A DNA stretch of 25,898 nucleotides from a virus (IMGVR_UViG_3300022407_007576:1-25898); one strand, 5' to 3'; numbered from the stretch's first letter, positions 1 to 9,300 are shown. The notes: generated from the letters alone by a model not told the origin. Translations and numbers: made by a program.

Positions 1-397
1 TAGGTTGTTCTTCTTCAGCTTTACTTACAGCATCTCCCCACCCTTGATCTAAAGTGAAATCATTAGAAATGTAATCTTGTACTAATTTAAGTAAGTTATC
101 TCCTTGCCCTTCTTGATCTTCTGTTTCTTCTTCTAGATTTCCTTCCCCTTCATTTAAAAATGGTTCAATCATTTCGTCTGGTACTTCATCGTATTTAGGT
201 TTGTGAAGATTTTTAAAGAATTCTACTGATGGTTTTACTTCCTCATAATCAGGATCATTATCTTTAGATCTTTGATAATTATCATCCTTTATACTTCTTA
301 CAAAATCTTTAATATCATCCTCTAATTCGGTAACATTATTACCTTCTTTTAATAAGATTCCTTCAGAAAGATATTTTTTTAAGTCAAAATTTTCCAT
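1..397 (-). CDS. Acidic hypothetical protein with MENFDLKKYLSE leader (partial, runs off the left edge); possible internal head protein
   Basis: Not in the ORF track. Manual translation from the ATG at 397 gives MENFDLKKYLSEGILLKEGNNVTELEDDIKDF...GWGDAVSKAEEEQP with no stop before position 1. Its N-terminus matches that of ORF 410..841. Confidence 0.85.
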   Translation of the reverse strand, partial: MENFDLKKYLSEGILLKEGNNVTELEDDIKDFVRSIKDDNYQRSKDNDPDYEEVKPSVEFFKNLHKPKYDEVPDEMIEPFLNEGEGNLEEETEDQEGQGDNLLKLVQDYISNDFTLDQGWGDAVSKAEEEQP

Positions 398-409
398 TTT
401 TATATTTTA

Positions 410-841
410 TTAATTGATATCTGATAAATCTTGTACTAAGTTGTCAAGTATTTGTTGTACGTCTTCTGGATTAGCGTATGAGTATTGGTCATGAGAATTA
501 ACATCATTTAATGCTTTTTGTAAGATATTAGCAACATCTCTCCACTCAGTAGATGTTTCTGCTTCTTTTAAACTCTGCTCTGGGTTTAAATATCCCCAGA
601 TATCCTCTAAATCTACATCATCACCAAAATCCTCTGGGAATATGATGTTTTGGCCTTTGTATGTAAGGGGTTTCAATTCTACACTGTTAGGTCCTATTGC
701 TGCAACTTCGTATCTATCTTTTTCACCATCAACTAATATATCTCCTAATTTAAGTTCATGTTGGATGTCAAACTCAGCTTCTTTGATATTTTCAGTTAAT
801 TTATTTTCAGCAAGGTATTTTTTAAAATCAAAGTTTTCCAT
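410..841 (-). CDS. Acidic hypothetical protein with MENFDFKKYLAE leader; possible internal head protein
   Basis: 143-aa ORF that fits the tiling, is D/E-rich, has several (L/I)xE motifs and follows promoter-like motifs at 865-897. Confidence 0.8.
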   Translation of the reverse strand: MENFDFKKYLAENKLTENIKEAEFDIQHELKLGDILVDGEKDRYEVAAIGPNSVELKPLTYKGQNIIFPEDFGDDVDLEDIWGYLNPEQSLKEAETSTEWRDVANILQKALNDVNSHDQYSYANPEDVQQILDNLVQDLSDIN

Positions 842-864
842 TTTTTATATTTTAATTTATATGG

Positions 865-897
865 TATAAATATATGAAAGAAAGATTAAATCTCCAA
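865..897 (-). promoter_or_regulatory. Composite promoter-like site: TTGG-N17-CATATATT overlapping ATATTTATA
   Basis: Minus strand reads TTGG AGATTTAATCTTTCTTT CATATATTTATA. The same spacing recurs at 20195-20223 and 22485-22513. ATATTTATA recurs at 2759, 17353 and 23012. Confidence 0.6.
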
Positions 898-901
898 GTT
901 T

Positions 902-1582
902 TTATTTAGTATAAGATACAATATCGTCGTCATCATCTCTAAAATCGTTTTCATCTAATAAATTTAACGATTTAAAATGCTCATACATTGCATCATCCAT
1001 TTCCCATTTAACTTCTTGAGCTTTAGGTATTTCGTATGTATCTTCTATACCTTGGATTTGTTTAGGTGTAAATATATCTCCAATAGTTAAATAATAGCAA
1101 TTGTAACATAAAAATTCTAAATTTTCTCGTTTCCAATCTCGTTTATTCCCATTTTTAAAGTTAATTAATAATGGTACTCTGTAATCTGATACACGTTGTT
1201 CTTTAAATCCACAACACGAGCATTCTTCAGCTAATATTGCTTCTTGGATTAATCTACGTTTGAATTTATCTATACTGAATGATTCAGTGTATAGTTCTCC
1301 TCTTAATATTTTTTGTAGATCAGGGTCTTTACCATGATGTTTTAAAAATTTAGGGATACCTTTACCCACTTGATTTTTATGTACATCAAATAGTGTTGGT
1401 GAGTTAGGATCGTTATCGTCTACTCTAAATGATTTGAAATAGGGTTTAACGTGTTGGTATGAGCAGTTTAAGTATCGAGCCGCAGATCTAATACTTTTAG
1501 TAACCTTCATTGCACGTAACAAATCTTCTTTAGAGTATATCTTTGGTTTAGGACCCTTTTTATGGTCATTAATTCCAGCCAT
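902..1582 (-). CDS. HTH plus degenerate HNH-fold zinc-binding protein
   Basis: N-terminal HTH-like SIRSAARYLNCSYQHVK. C-terminal CSCCG...LLINFKNGNKRDWKRENLEFLCYNCY follows the HNH pattern CxxC...DH.dGn..nN..eNL..LCxNCH but lacks the His residues. Confidence 0.7.
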   Translation of the reverse strand: MAGINDHKKGPKPKIYSKEDLLRAMKVTKSIRSAARYLNCSYQHVKPYFKSFRVDDNDPNSPTLFDVHKNQVGKGIPKFLKHHGKDPDLQKILRGELYTESFSIDKFKRRLIQEAILAEECSCCGFKEQRVSDYRVPLLINFKNGNKRDWKRENLEFLCYNCYYLTIGDIFTPKQIQGIEDTYEIPKAQEVKWEMDDAMYEHFKSLNLLDENDFRDDDDDIVSYTK

Positions 1583-1587
1583 ATAAC

Positions 1588-2016
1588 TTATTTTTCGTTT
1601 ATAAAATCAGGATTTATTTGCATTAAGTAGTTATATAAATCTTCAGGTGTTTTTAAAAATATTTCTACTTCAGTTCCATCCTCTTTAGTTTGAATTAAAT
1701 AATTCATAGTACCATCTAAATTAAGACGCTCATATAAATAAAATGTAACTAATTCATAAATGCTTCCACCCCACATTAATAACATTAATTTATCTATAAC
1801 ACCATAAAATGGTTCTTCATATTCAAATAAATCAATACCAAAATTACTTTGCAATAACACTGATTTGTTAAGTGCTTTTTCGTATTGGTCTATAAGTGAT
1901 ATGAATAATGTTTTTTTTTTAAGTGCTTTATTACGTCTTTGTTTTTTAACAATAACAGGGGAGTTAAATAATTTTAAAAAACCCTCTTCTAAACTATGTT
2001 TTAATTGCTCGTCCAT
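1588..2016 (-). CDS. Hypothetical protein
   Basis: 142-aa ORF with ATG start that fits the minus-strand tiling. No recognised motif. Confidence 0.75.
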   Translation of the reverse strand: MDEQLKHSLEEGFLKLFNSPVIVKKQRRNKALKKKTLFISLIDQYEKALNKSVLLQSNFGIDLFEYEEPFYGVIDKLMLLMWGGSIYELVTFYLYERLNLDGTMNYLIQTKEDGTEVEIFLKTPEDLYNYLMQINPDFINEK

Positions 2017-2317
2017 TTTCTAATTCTTGAATTAAGTTATTGATTTGGGTGCATTTATGATAATCCTCTATTTTAAGATAAAACTCAATAGCGGATTTCA
2101 AAGTAGTTATAAAACTTGATTTAGGTAAAGTAACACTAAGTTCAACTTGAGGTAAATTACAAATTATAGCTTCTTTTTTATTATTTTTAACAGACTGTCT
2201 TATTTCATCTACAACATTTTCAAATAATGATTGTTGTACTTTAGGTGCATAAAGGGTATCTAAGATACCCCTTGCACTATATTCGCTGATTAATAAATTA
2301 GGCGTTTTGTGTTTCAT
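1994..2317 (-). CDS. Hypothetical protein with a C-terminal UVR-like helical motif
   Basis: Start moved from 2380 to the ATG at 2317 (MKHKTPNLL) to reduce overlap with the upstream gene. C-terminal AIEFYLKIEDYHKCTQINNL resembles the UvrB/C-type 'A...EdYE.A..i' motif. Confidence 0.6.
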   Translation of the reverse strand: MKHKTPNLLISEYSARGILDTLYAPKVQQSLFENVVDEIRQSVKNNKKEAIICNLPQVELSVTLPKSSFITTLKSAIEFYLKIEDYHKCTQINNLIQELENGRAIKT

Positions 2318-2744
2318 CTTCAGAACCTGTTGATTCATCTCCAGTTTTAGCAGGTGATTCATTTGATTCACCACCCTCACCTAATACTTTATCTCTAATA
2401 AATGAAAAGATTGAATCTAATGGGATTTGGAAATTAGCTGCCATTTTATCTGGAGCATCTGTATCTCTATCAAATTCTAACCCAAAGTTAACAAACTTTT
2501 TAGATACAGCAGTTGATATTGAACTTTGTAATGAATCTACTTCTTCAGGAGTTAAATTAGTTAATACTTCTCCATTTTCATTTACAGGGAAGAATTTTAC
2601 TTTAATACCTTTTTTAGTTGGGTTTTTATTTACATCTACTACTACTTTAAAGTCTTCACCTCCAATAGTAGCGTTATAATTTAATTCACCTTCTTCTTTA
2701 AGAAATTCTTCAGTTAAGAAGAAATCATGCAATTTGAATTTCAT
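2298..2744 (-). CDS. Acidic hypothetical protein, possibly virion-associated
   Basis: 148-aa ORF. N-terminus MKFKLHDFFLTEEFLKEE has LxE motifs, the tail is acidic and low-complexity, and ATATTTATA lies just upstream. Confidence 0.7.
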   Translation of the reverse strand: MKFKLHDFFLTEEFLKEEGELNYNATIGGEDFKVVVDVNKNPTKKGIKVKFFPVNENGEVLTNLTPEEVDSLQSSISTAVSKKFVNFGLEFDRDTDAPDKMAANFQIPLDSIFSFIRDKVLGEGGESNESPAKTGDESTGSEDETQNA

Positions 2745-2758
2745 ATTGTTAATTTTGG

Positions 2759-2767
2759 TATAAATAT
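2759..2767 (-). promoter_or_regulatory. ATATTTATA motif (candidate phage late promoter)
   Basis: Sits in the gap upstream of ORF 2298..2744. The 12-mer ATATTTATACCA is identical to the site at 862-873. Confidence 0.5.
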
Positions 2768-3972
2768 TAATTATTTTTAAGATAAATTAAATCATTTTGA
2801 TATTCATCCATGGAATTGATAGTTACTTTAAATATATCTAATTCAAAAGTACCAACCTCACCATTATCTTTTATTATCTCAGGAAGCTGAATGAGTAATT
2901 TAAAATTTTCATTAGTTATTAAGTGAGCATCAAATTTTATAACTATATCATTTTCACCTATTGGATCATTATACTTTATATTAAGTACTCGTTTTTTTAA
3001 ATCGTACGATGTATTTTTATGTTCAGTTTCGTAGTAGGATGCAAACAATATTCCCATTTCATCATCAATATAAATTCTATCACACCATGGTTCTAATGCT
3101 TCTAACATTTGAGAGTTACAATGTTCAATTACAAATGCTACATTGTATTTGGGAGTTATAACAGGATATTGAAATTCATTATATTTAGGTGGAGTTCCCC
3201 ACTTTCTAATAAACTCTCTAGTTTGGTTATGAGCTAATTTATTCCATTCACCTGATTTATGAGTTAAGTCTTTGGTTTCATTAGCATGTTCAAATTGACC
3301 TCCTCTACAAGTTAAATGATAAACTAATGCTTCCCAACTTTGAATTAATTCATATCCGTTTAATAAGAATCTATTAAATAAATCTCTATCTTCGCTGTGT
3401 GATTTCATAATTGGATCATGTCCACCTACATTATTAAAATCATCTTTATGTATTAGCCAAGGAGCAAAAATACCATTTGTAATTAAATCTTTTTTATTTT
3501 GTTCTACAAATGTATTAAATTCATCTATCTTAAATCCATCCTTAATATCAGTTTCAGGCCATAAACCTAAATCTAAAACAATTTTAGCAGGATCTGCAGG
3601 ATGTAATGGTGGTTCAATTCTAGTAGCAGATACTACAGTTTTAGGTTTCCAATTATTATATAAAGCAACATCAAACCCTTTTCCCATAATCATATCAGCA
3701 TGATATATTACTACAAAATCAGTTTCAGCTTTATCAACTAATAAATTATATGCATTACCTATCCCAAATAATTCTTTAGATGAATTTTTAATGAATTTAA
3801 TATTATTTTCAATACACCATTTTTCAGTCCCATCATTATCAGCATCTATGAATACTAAAATGTTATGTTCAACAACTGAATTTTGTTTAATGTATGAAAC
3901 AGCGTGTTTTAAATACCTCAAATTATTTTTTGAGGTAATACAAAATGTAAATTTAGGTATATTATTTTCCAT
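2767..3972 (-). CDS. Glycosyltransferase family 2 (GT-A) with C-terminal extension
   Basis: N-terminal FTFCITSKNNLRYL, VFIDADNDGT, HADM (DxD-like), GGHDP...SEDRDLFNRF, VYH. Confidence 0.85.
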   Translation of the reverse strand: MENNIPKFTFCITSKNNLRYLKHAVSYIKQNSVVEHNILVFIDADNDGTEKWCIENNIKFIKNSSKELFGIGNAYNLLVDKAETDFVVIYHADMIMGKGFDVALYNNWKPKTVVSATRIEPPLHPADPAKIVLDLGLWPETDIKDGFKIDEFNTFVEQNKKDLITNGIFAPWLIHKDDFNNVGGHDPIMKSHSEDRDLFNRFLLNGYELIQSWEALVYHLTCRGGQFEHANETKDLTHKSGEWNKLAHNQTREFIRKWGTPPKYNEFQYPVITPKYNVAFVIEHCNSQMLEALEPWCDRIYIDDEMGILFASYYETEHKNTSYDLKKRVLNIKYNDPIGENDIVIKFDAHLITNENFKLLIQLPEIIKDNGEVGTFELDIFKVTINSMDEYQNDLIYLKNN

Positions 3973-4651
3973 TTATTCCTTCAATTATATGTCTATCCCA
4001 TCCAATATGGGTAATATATGTTTCTAAAAATCTCATAGCAATCATCCCTTGTTTAGCGTATTCAACTGAAATATCACATTCAAGAGTAACTCCTCCACTT
4101 TGTTCTGCTGGGGTAATTCTGTCACATCCTTCATAACCATTAGGTAGTTTTTTCCAATCAGTTAATCTTTTTAATCCTGGATTAAGACTAAATCCGTTCC
4201 AAACACCTGTATATTTAAGAAGAACGCATTGTAATCCGTCTATTTCATATATGTCATTTTCCCATGGGTGTGGAGCGGTAGTATCATCAATTCCTCTTAA
4301 CCATACTTGTAATATGTTTGGATCAGCTTCTAACACTTTCATTGAATCCTCAATAAATCCTTTCTTTAAAAACAACCAATCTTCTTCCATATGAAAGATG
4401 TATTCAGTATCTACTAAAGAATAGGCATAATCTATAGATTTAATTTGAAATAATTTAGGATCATTATAAATAACTTCTATGGGGAAATCATATTTGTCTT
4501 TAATAAAATCATTACATCCAAAATTCATTCCATCATCAATGATAATAAAACGTTTAAGTGAATAAGTATTCATTTCGAAGAAACTATCTAAAGTTTGTTC
4601 TAATAAATCTGCTCTGTTACAAGCTGTTAGTACTACTGTTACTTCTTTCAT
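3962..4651 (-). CDS. Glycosyltransferase family 2-like
   Basis: VTVVLTACNRADLL, IIIDDG, YIFHMEEDW, FSLNPGL, HIG. Confidence 0.8.
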   Translation of the reverse strand: MKEVTVVLTACNRADLLEQTLDSFFEMNTYSLKRFIIIDDGMNFGCNDFIKDKYDFPIEVIYNDPKLFQIKSIDYAYSLVDTEYIFHMEEDWLFLKKGFIEDSMKVLEADPNILQVWLRGIDDTTAPHPWENDIYEIDGLQCVLLKYTGVWNGFSLNPGLKRLTDWKKLPNGYEGCDRITPAEQSGGVTLECDISVEYAKQGMIAMRFLETYITHIGWDRHIIEGINGK

Positions 4652-5531
4652 AAAATTTATTTATTTCAATTGGAAAATTTGTGTGAGCTATTTTAGTAAA
4701 CTCATCTTTTTTACTTATGTTTGATATATATCTTTTAATAGTTTCGTTAGGTCTATGAGTATAACTTTCACCTATTAAGTGATTTTCTAATATAAATTGA
4801 TATACATTTTCATTATTACGCCTTAATATATTACAGCATTCAGTTACATAAGTATCTTCTAAACCATAGTGACCTAAAGATTTAGGTATTCCTGTTTTAC
4901 TTAATAATTCCTTAGAAATTAGAGTAAACCACCCACCAGCAAATTTAAATTTAGAGATAGGTTTTACTTCAATTTCACCTATATCAGGTAAAGTATCTTT
5001 ATAAACATCAGCTATTAATTCATAATCTATAGGATGATTTAAAAATGCTTTATTAACAAGTATATCCCATGTATTATCCCATTGTTTTACAAATTGAGGG
5101 GTAAGTATAAATAGATCTATATTGGATTCTTTAATAGTCTGATAGGCTTGAGTCATGTAACTTAAGGTAGTATCTTTAAATATAAAATCACAATCTAACC
5201 ATATAAAGAAATCAGCATTAGGATTAGTTTTAAGACTATATCTTCTTTGAGAGACGCATCCTAAAACATTTTCTTCATGTCCCCAGATCAAATTCCATTC
5301 ACACCAATCTAAAAATTTAGTAACTAATTCAGTAGTTCTTTCTTGAATGTACTCTTTAGGTAATTTGGTTTTATTCCAATCTGTTAATTCATTTGATAGA
5401 CACATTGTTATGTCTATTTTATATTGATGGTTAGAGTCTAAATATATTGAGTTTCTCTTTAAGTTATATAATGTTAAAGCTAAATCTTCTAATTCTTGTG
5501 GTAAAGCAAATATTGTTATAACTCCTCTCAT
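4617..5531 (-). CDS. Putative GT-A fold glycosyltransferase
   Basis: FIWLDCD (DxD), FAGGWFTLIS and YGLED (acceptor-base-like ED), located within a GT cluster. Confidence 0.65.
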   Translation of the reverse strand: MRGVITIFALPQELEDLALTLYNLKRNSIYLDSNHQYKIDITMCLSNELTDWNKTKLPKEYIQERTTELVTKFLDWCEWNLIWGHEENVLGCVSQRRYSLKTNPNADFFIWLDCDFIFKDTTLSYMTQAYQTIKESNIDLFILTPQFVKQWDNTWDILVNKAFLNHPIDYELIADVYKDTLPDIGEIEVKPISKFKFAGGWFTLISKELLSKTGIPKSLGHYGLEDTYVTECCNILRRNNENVYQFILENHLIGESYTHRPNETIKRYISNISKKDEFTKIAHTNFPIEINKFYERSNSSTNSL

Positions 5532-6553
5532 ATAAAGATAACATCGGTTAATTTATTTTTTATTTCTTCATTGTAAGGTCCCATTTCTACAAATACTTTA
5601 GAACCTTTAGGAACATCATTAGGAGAAATAACTCTTGTAGTTGTTCCGTACATCCTTTTATTTTGTTTGTAAGGATCATTATCTATGACTGCTATTATTT
5701 GATTTACATCAATTCCTAAATTTATTAGATAATAATAAGTAAAATGAGCACCAAAAACATAAAACTTTTTATTTTTAATACCTTCAATTCTTTTCTTATA
5801 AAAATCTATTAAATTAATAATATCTGATTTAATATTAAAAATTGTTGGGTTTATTTCAGATTTAGAAGGTTGAGTAATATAAAATATTGAATGGTCTTTA
5901 TAGTAAATTTTATCAATAATATTCCAACCATTTTTATGTAAGATATAATCTAAGTATTCTTCAGGTAAATAATTTGGATGTTCAAACATTATAGTAGATG
6001 GAAAATTCTGTTTTGAAAATTCTTTAAAATTAGGTAAAGAAAAAATATGATATTTAGGATTTCTTTCTTTTAAACCTGATAAGAATTCTTCTAAATCAAA
6101 TATATGTTCTACAAAATGTGAACTTATAACAACATCATTTTCTTCAATTTGAGATGGTTCAAATAAACCTTTAATTTTTTCTACTTTTGGGTGATCATAA
6201 AGATCTGATGGGTTTATATCTATTACCTTCCATGAATCAAAATCAGGGTTTGAATCTGAGTATAAAGAAAATACTAAACCTGATCCACCTGCTATTTCTA
6301 CTATGTTTGAATTTTCATATTGAAGAACTAATTTAGTAAATTTTTCATTATGTTTTTTCCAAGTATCACCAACACAATTATTGTGTTGACTTATGTATAT
6401 GTCTAATGGATCAATATAAGGTAAAAACTTAATTGAACCATCTTCATTTTCAACAATATAGGCTTCTGTTAATTTTTCGTTTGGAGAAATTTTAGAAGTA
6501 GTTTGAGTACAAACACTTAATGGAAAATTAGGAAATGTGTGTAATATATTCAT
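5528..6553 (-). CDS. SAM-dependent methyltransferase, NDP-sugar C-methyltransferase-like
   Basis: IVEIAGGSG (SAM motif I), SSHFVEHI, FEHPNY, VFGA, IDNDPYKQNKRMYGT. Start moved from 6604 to the ATG at 6553 (MNILHTF) to remove the overlap with the upstream gene. Confidence 0.75.
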   Translation of the reverse strand: MNILHTFPNFPLSVCTQTTSKISPNEKLTEAYIVENEDGSIKFLPYIDPLDIYISQHNNCVGDTWKKHNEKFTKLVLQYENSNIVEIAGGSGLVFSLYSDSNPDFDSWKVIDINPSDLYDHPKVEKIKGLFEPSQIEENDVVISSHFVEHIFDLEEFLSGLKERNPKYHIFSLPNFKEFSKQNFPSTIMFEHPNYLPEEYLDYILHKNGWNIIDKIYYKDHSIFYITQPSKSEINPTIFNIKSDIINLIDFYKKRIEGIKNKKFYVFGAHFTYYYLINLGIDVNQIIAVIDNDPYKQNKRMYGTTTRVISPNDVPKGSKVFVEMGPYNEEIKNKLTDVIFI

Positions 6554-6560
6554 AAAATAT

Positions 6561-7292
6561 CTATCGTATAATAGCTGTGGTAGAGGATTGATTTGGTGTT
6601 TCAAATTCTATTACTGGGATGTTATTTTTTATTAAATGCCATTTAGTTAGATATTCATCTCTTATAGGGGAATCTTGACCTGGCCATCCTCCTGAAAGAA
6701 ATGTTTGGAAATCTGTGTCTAATGTAATATAAGATATGATATATGAGAATAAATTAGAGAATTTTTCCATATTATTATAATTACCTAATATGAACAAACC
6801 ATAATATCCTCTATGAGATACTCTAGGATCTGTATACCATTTAGGTATATATACGTTGTTTAAATCTAAATTACCTAAATCAAGAGGTAATTGATTATAA
6901 TCTAAATCAAATCTAGTTCTAATTACTACATCATATTCAATTTGTGATTGTTTACATAATAAAAATGATTTATACACTGAGTAATACATACTTAGTATAG
7001 TATTTATAGGATATCTCCAAATAGGACATCTATAACCACTAGCTTCAAATGTTATAGGAGATTCTAATATATAATTTTTAGGTTTGTATAGTTCTACTAA
7101 TTCTTTATATTCGTCTTTACTTAAAGAATATTGAACATTCCCTTGCCCAAAATTTGTAGATTCAAAATTAGAAGTTTCCCATGAATGGAAATATATGTCA
7201 CAATCATATTTATCTAAATAATTCGATTTTAGACTTTCGTAACTTTGTTTAAAATTTCGTGGCTGACCACTTATACAAATTGCTATTTTCAT
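6561..7292 (-). CDS. Putative glycosyltransferase-like protein (MKIAxCxSGQPR type)
   Basis: MKIAICISGQPR, DIYFHSW, SMYYS and YDVVIRTRFD, a motif set typical of uncharacterised proteins in polysaccharide loci and large phages. Confidence 0.6.
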   Translation of the reverse strand: MKIAICISGQPRNFKQSYESLKSNYLDKYDCDIYFHSWETSNFESTNFGQGNVQYSLSKDEYKELVELYKPKNYILESPITFEASGYRCPIWRYPINTILSMYYSVYKSFLLCKQSQIEYDVVIRTRFDLDYNQLPLDLGNLDLNNVYIPKWYTDPRVSHRGYYGLFILGNYNNMEKFSNLFSYIISYITLDTDFQTFLSGGWPGQDSPIRDEYLTKWHLIKNNIPVIEFETPNQSSTTAIIR

Positions 7293-7726
7293 TTTTTATA
7301 ATTTTCAATATAATCACTACAAATCCCTATACACTGAGTTATATTATCATTGTGAATTTCAGGCATTACAGCTATTGATTGTTGTATAGGTTGTTTACCT
7401 GGGTATGCCCAAATAAATCCTTTTGATGTTAAGGTTACTGTATCTTCTTCGTGCCAAAAGTAATTAAATCCACCAATAGCATTAAACCATTCCATAGCTT
7501 CTATGGTTTTGCAATGTATCCAAAGAGATTGTGACCTTTGATTTAACCAAAGTTGACTTATACCATATTGGGGTTCATCATGTCCTAATAAAAGAACACC
7601 TTCAATACTCCAAATATCAATTTCAACATCATAACCCAAAGATATAGCTTTATCAATATATTCAGGATTATTTTCTTTTCCGGGAATTTTTCCGTTTACA
7701 TTACCTCTATGAGATATTAATATCAT
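7289..7726 (-). CDS. Short GDPD/PLC-like phosphodiesterase
   Basis: ISHRGN, EN, YDVEIDIW, LGHD, WIHCK and GICSD match glycerophosphodiester phosphodiesterase TIM-barrel motifs. Confidence 0.75.
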   Translation of the reverse strand: MILISHRGNVNGKIPGKENNPEYIDKAISLGYDVEIDIWSIEGVLLLGHDEPQYGISQLWLNQRSQSLWIHCKTIEAMEWFNAIGGFNYFWHEEDTVTLTSKGFIWAYPGKQPIQQSIAVMPEIHNDNITQCIGICSDYIENYKK

Positions 7727-7732
7727 AATTTT

Positions 7733-8593
7733 TTAATATTTTTCGTTTAAATGTAATTTACGAACATCTCCTCGGTCTTCCAACCTATTTTCAGAAATAA
7801 TTTCATGAAACATATGAATACCATAAGCTCTATGTTCACCACTAAAATATACTCCGTTTTGTTTTAAACCATAAAATAAATTATGTGGTCCACCCCATGT
7901 AGAATTCATATCAAACACTTGAGGATGATATGCTAATTCTCTACCTAATTCTAAAGTATCATTAGACACAACATGTAAATTAAAATCATGAACATAATTG
8001 TGAGAAACATAATTTATAGAAGGATGGTAATCCATTTCCCCATTAGGTGAAATTTCACCTTTAGGTAAATTATTATTAGGATTATCTCCACCTCTATAAT
8101 AGGTTTCAAAATCTGATGGAATAAATTCAGATAAGTTAAGTTTTGTTAAAATGTCGTCGTAGTTAATTTTTTCTTTAGCACTAAGCGTAGGTAACGACCA
8201 CATAAAATTATTATTATTATGTTCTAAAAATATTTTATTAAAATTATTAGATACACAGTAATCTGATTTTAACCATAACGTTTTACCTGGAGTATTATTT
8301 GACTCCAATGAAAGTGATACATCATACCAATTTCTTATATCTTGAAGTAGATTTTTCTTATTAAGTTCAGGATCATAAGGGAATATTAAGATATCTTTGA
8401 TATAATTTTTAATATCGTATTGTCTTATTAAATCTATTAAATCATGGTTACTTAATTCATGTTCATGAGTATTATAGATTACAAAATTATCCCATATTAA
8501 ATCAACGTTTTGAAGTTCTAATAAAGATTTTAAACTATATTTAGCATGTTTTAAATCTAATGTAGTATGAGTTGTAAATATGCAGGTATTCAT
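7733..8593 (-). CDS. Hypothetical protein, possibly a divergent GT-A glycosyltransferase
   Basis: 286-aa ORF within the glycosylation cluster. LWLKSDY and a late HMFHE are only weakly GT-like. Confidence 0.5.
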   Translation of the reverse strand: MNTCIFTTHTTLDLKHAKYSLKSLLELQNVDLIWDNFVIYNTHEHELSNHDLIDLIRQYDIKNYIKDILIFPYDPELNKKNLLQDIRNWYDVSLSLESNNTPGKTLWLKSDYCVSNNFNKIFLEHNNNNFMWSLPTLSAKEKINYDDILTKLNLSEFIPSDFETYYRGGDNPNNNLPKGEISPNGEMDYHPSINYVSHNYVHDFNLHVVSNDTLELGRELAYHPQVFDMNSTWGGPHNLFYGLKQNGVYFSGEHRAYGIHMFHEIISENRLEDRGDVRKLHLNEKY

Positions 8594-9300
8594 TATTTAA
8601 TTTTATTTAGTTTATTAACATTCATACTAACATTTAAGGGAGTAGAATTATTTATCAATTTAGGTAATATACTAAGATTAGTTTTAAAAGCCAAATCTTT
8701 CATTGTCTTTAATTCAGTACCTACGTTATATAAACCTGTAGCTTTTTTATTGATTAGACTAATAATTAATTTAGATATAACATCTACATAATCAAAATTG
8801 CCAATTTGATTTACCCAAGCTTCTTTATATTTAAATGGGGTTTCTTTATGAGTTCCTCTAAGTACTAAATGGTTAGGATCTAATTGAACATAACTATCAC
8901 CTAATAATTTTGTATAGCTATACCAATTATTTCCATGTATAGGAATATCATCCTCACTAGCTTCATCTATTGAATTAGTGTAAACATAGTCTGTTGATAT
9001 ATGAACTAGTTTTATTCTTTCTTTAGAGCAATAATTTGATAGATTTACAACACTTCTATAATTAATATCCCAATGTAAGTCTTTATTAGTAGAGTAAGTA
9101 TCAGTATGAGCTATGCAGTTAACTAAAACTTCATAACGTGAAGAAAAAGCTACTCCATAAAAATCTTCAATAAAGTATTTCCAATATAAATTTTCTTGGG
9201 TTATATCGAAACCATCTTTTTTTCTAGATATAAAATCCCATCCAGTTTGTTTAACAATTTCAGATCCTAATAACCCATCTCCTAATACTACTATTTTCAT
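8593..9300 (-). CDS. RmlD-like NDP-4-keto-sugar reductase (extended SDR)
   Basis: VVLGDGLLG Rossmann motif, VNCIAHT, HISTDYVY and YSYTK (YxxxK). Confidence 0.85.
   Translation of the reverse strand: MKIVVLGDGLLGSEIVKQTGWDFISRKKDGFDITQENLYWKYFIEDFYGVAFSSRYEVLVNCIAHTDTYSTNKDLHWDINYRSVVNLSNYCSKERIKLVHISTDYVYTNSIDEASEDDIPIHGNNWYSYTKLLGDSYVQLDPNHLVLRGTHKETPFKYKEAWVNQIGNFDYVDVISKLIISLINKKATGLYNVGTELKTMKDLAFKTNLSILPKLINNSTPLNVSMNVNKLNKIK

Noticed and set aside
1911-1920. T10 homopolymer (A10 on the coding strand) as a phase-variation or frameshift site
   Set aside because: The ORF is intact through it (LKKKT), and long A-runs are expected in Lys-rich, AT-rich genes.
2318-2380. Longer N-termini given in the ORF track for 1994..2380 (and similarly 5528..6604)
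   Set aside because: The extensions overlap upstream genes by 44-83 nt and look like off-frame sequence. The downstream ATGs at 2317 and 6553 fit the tiling better.
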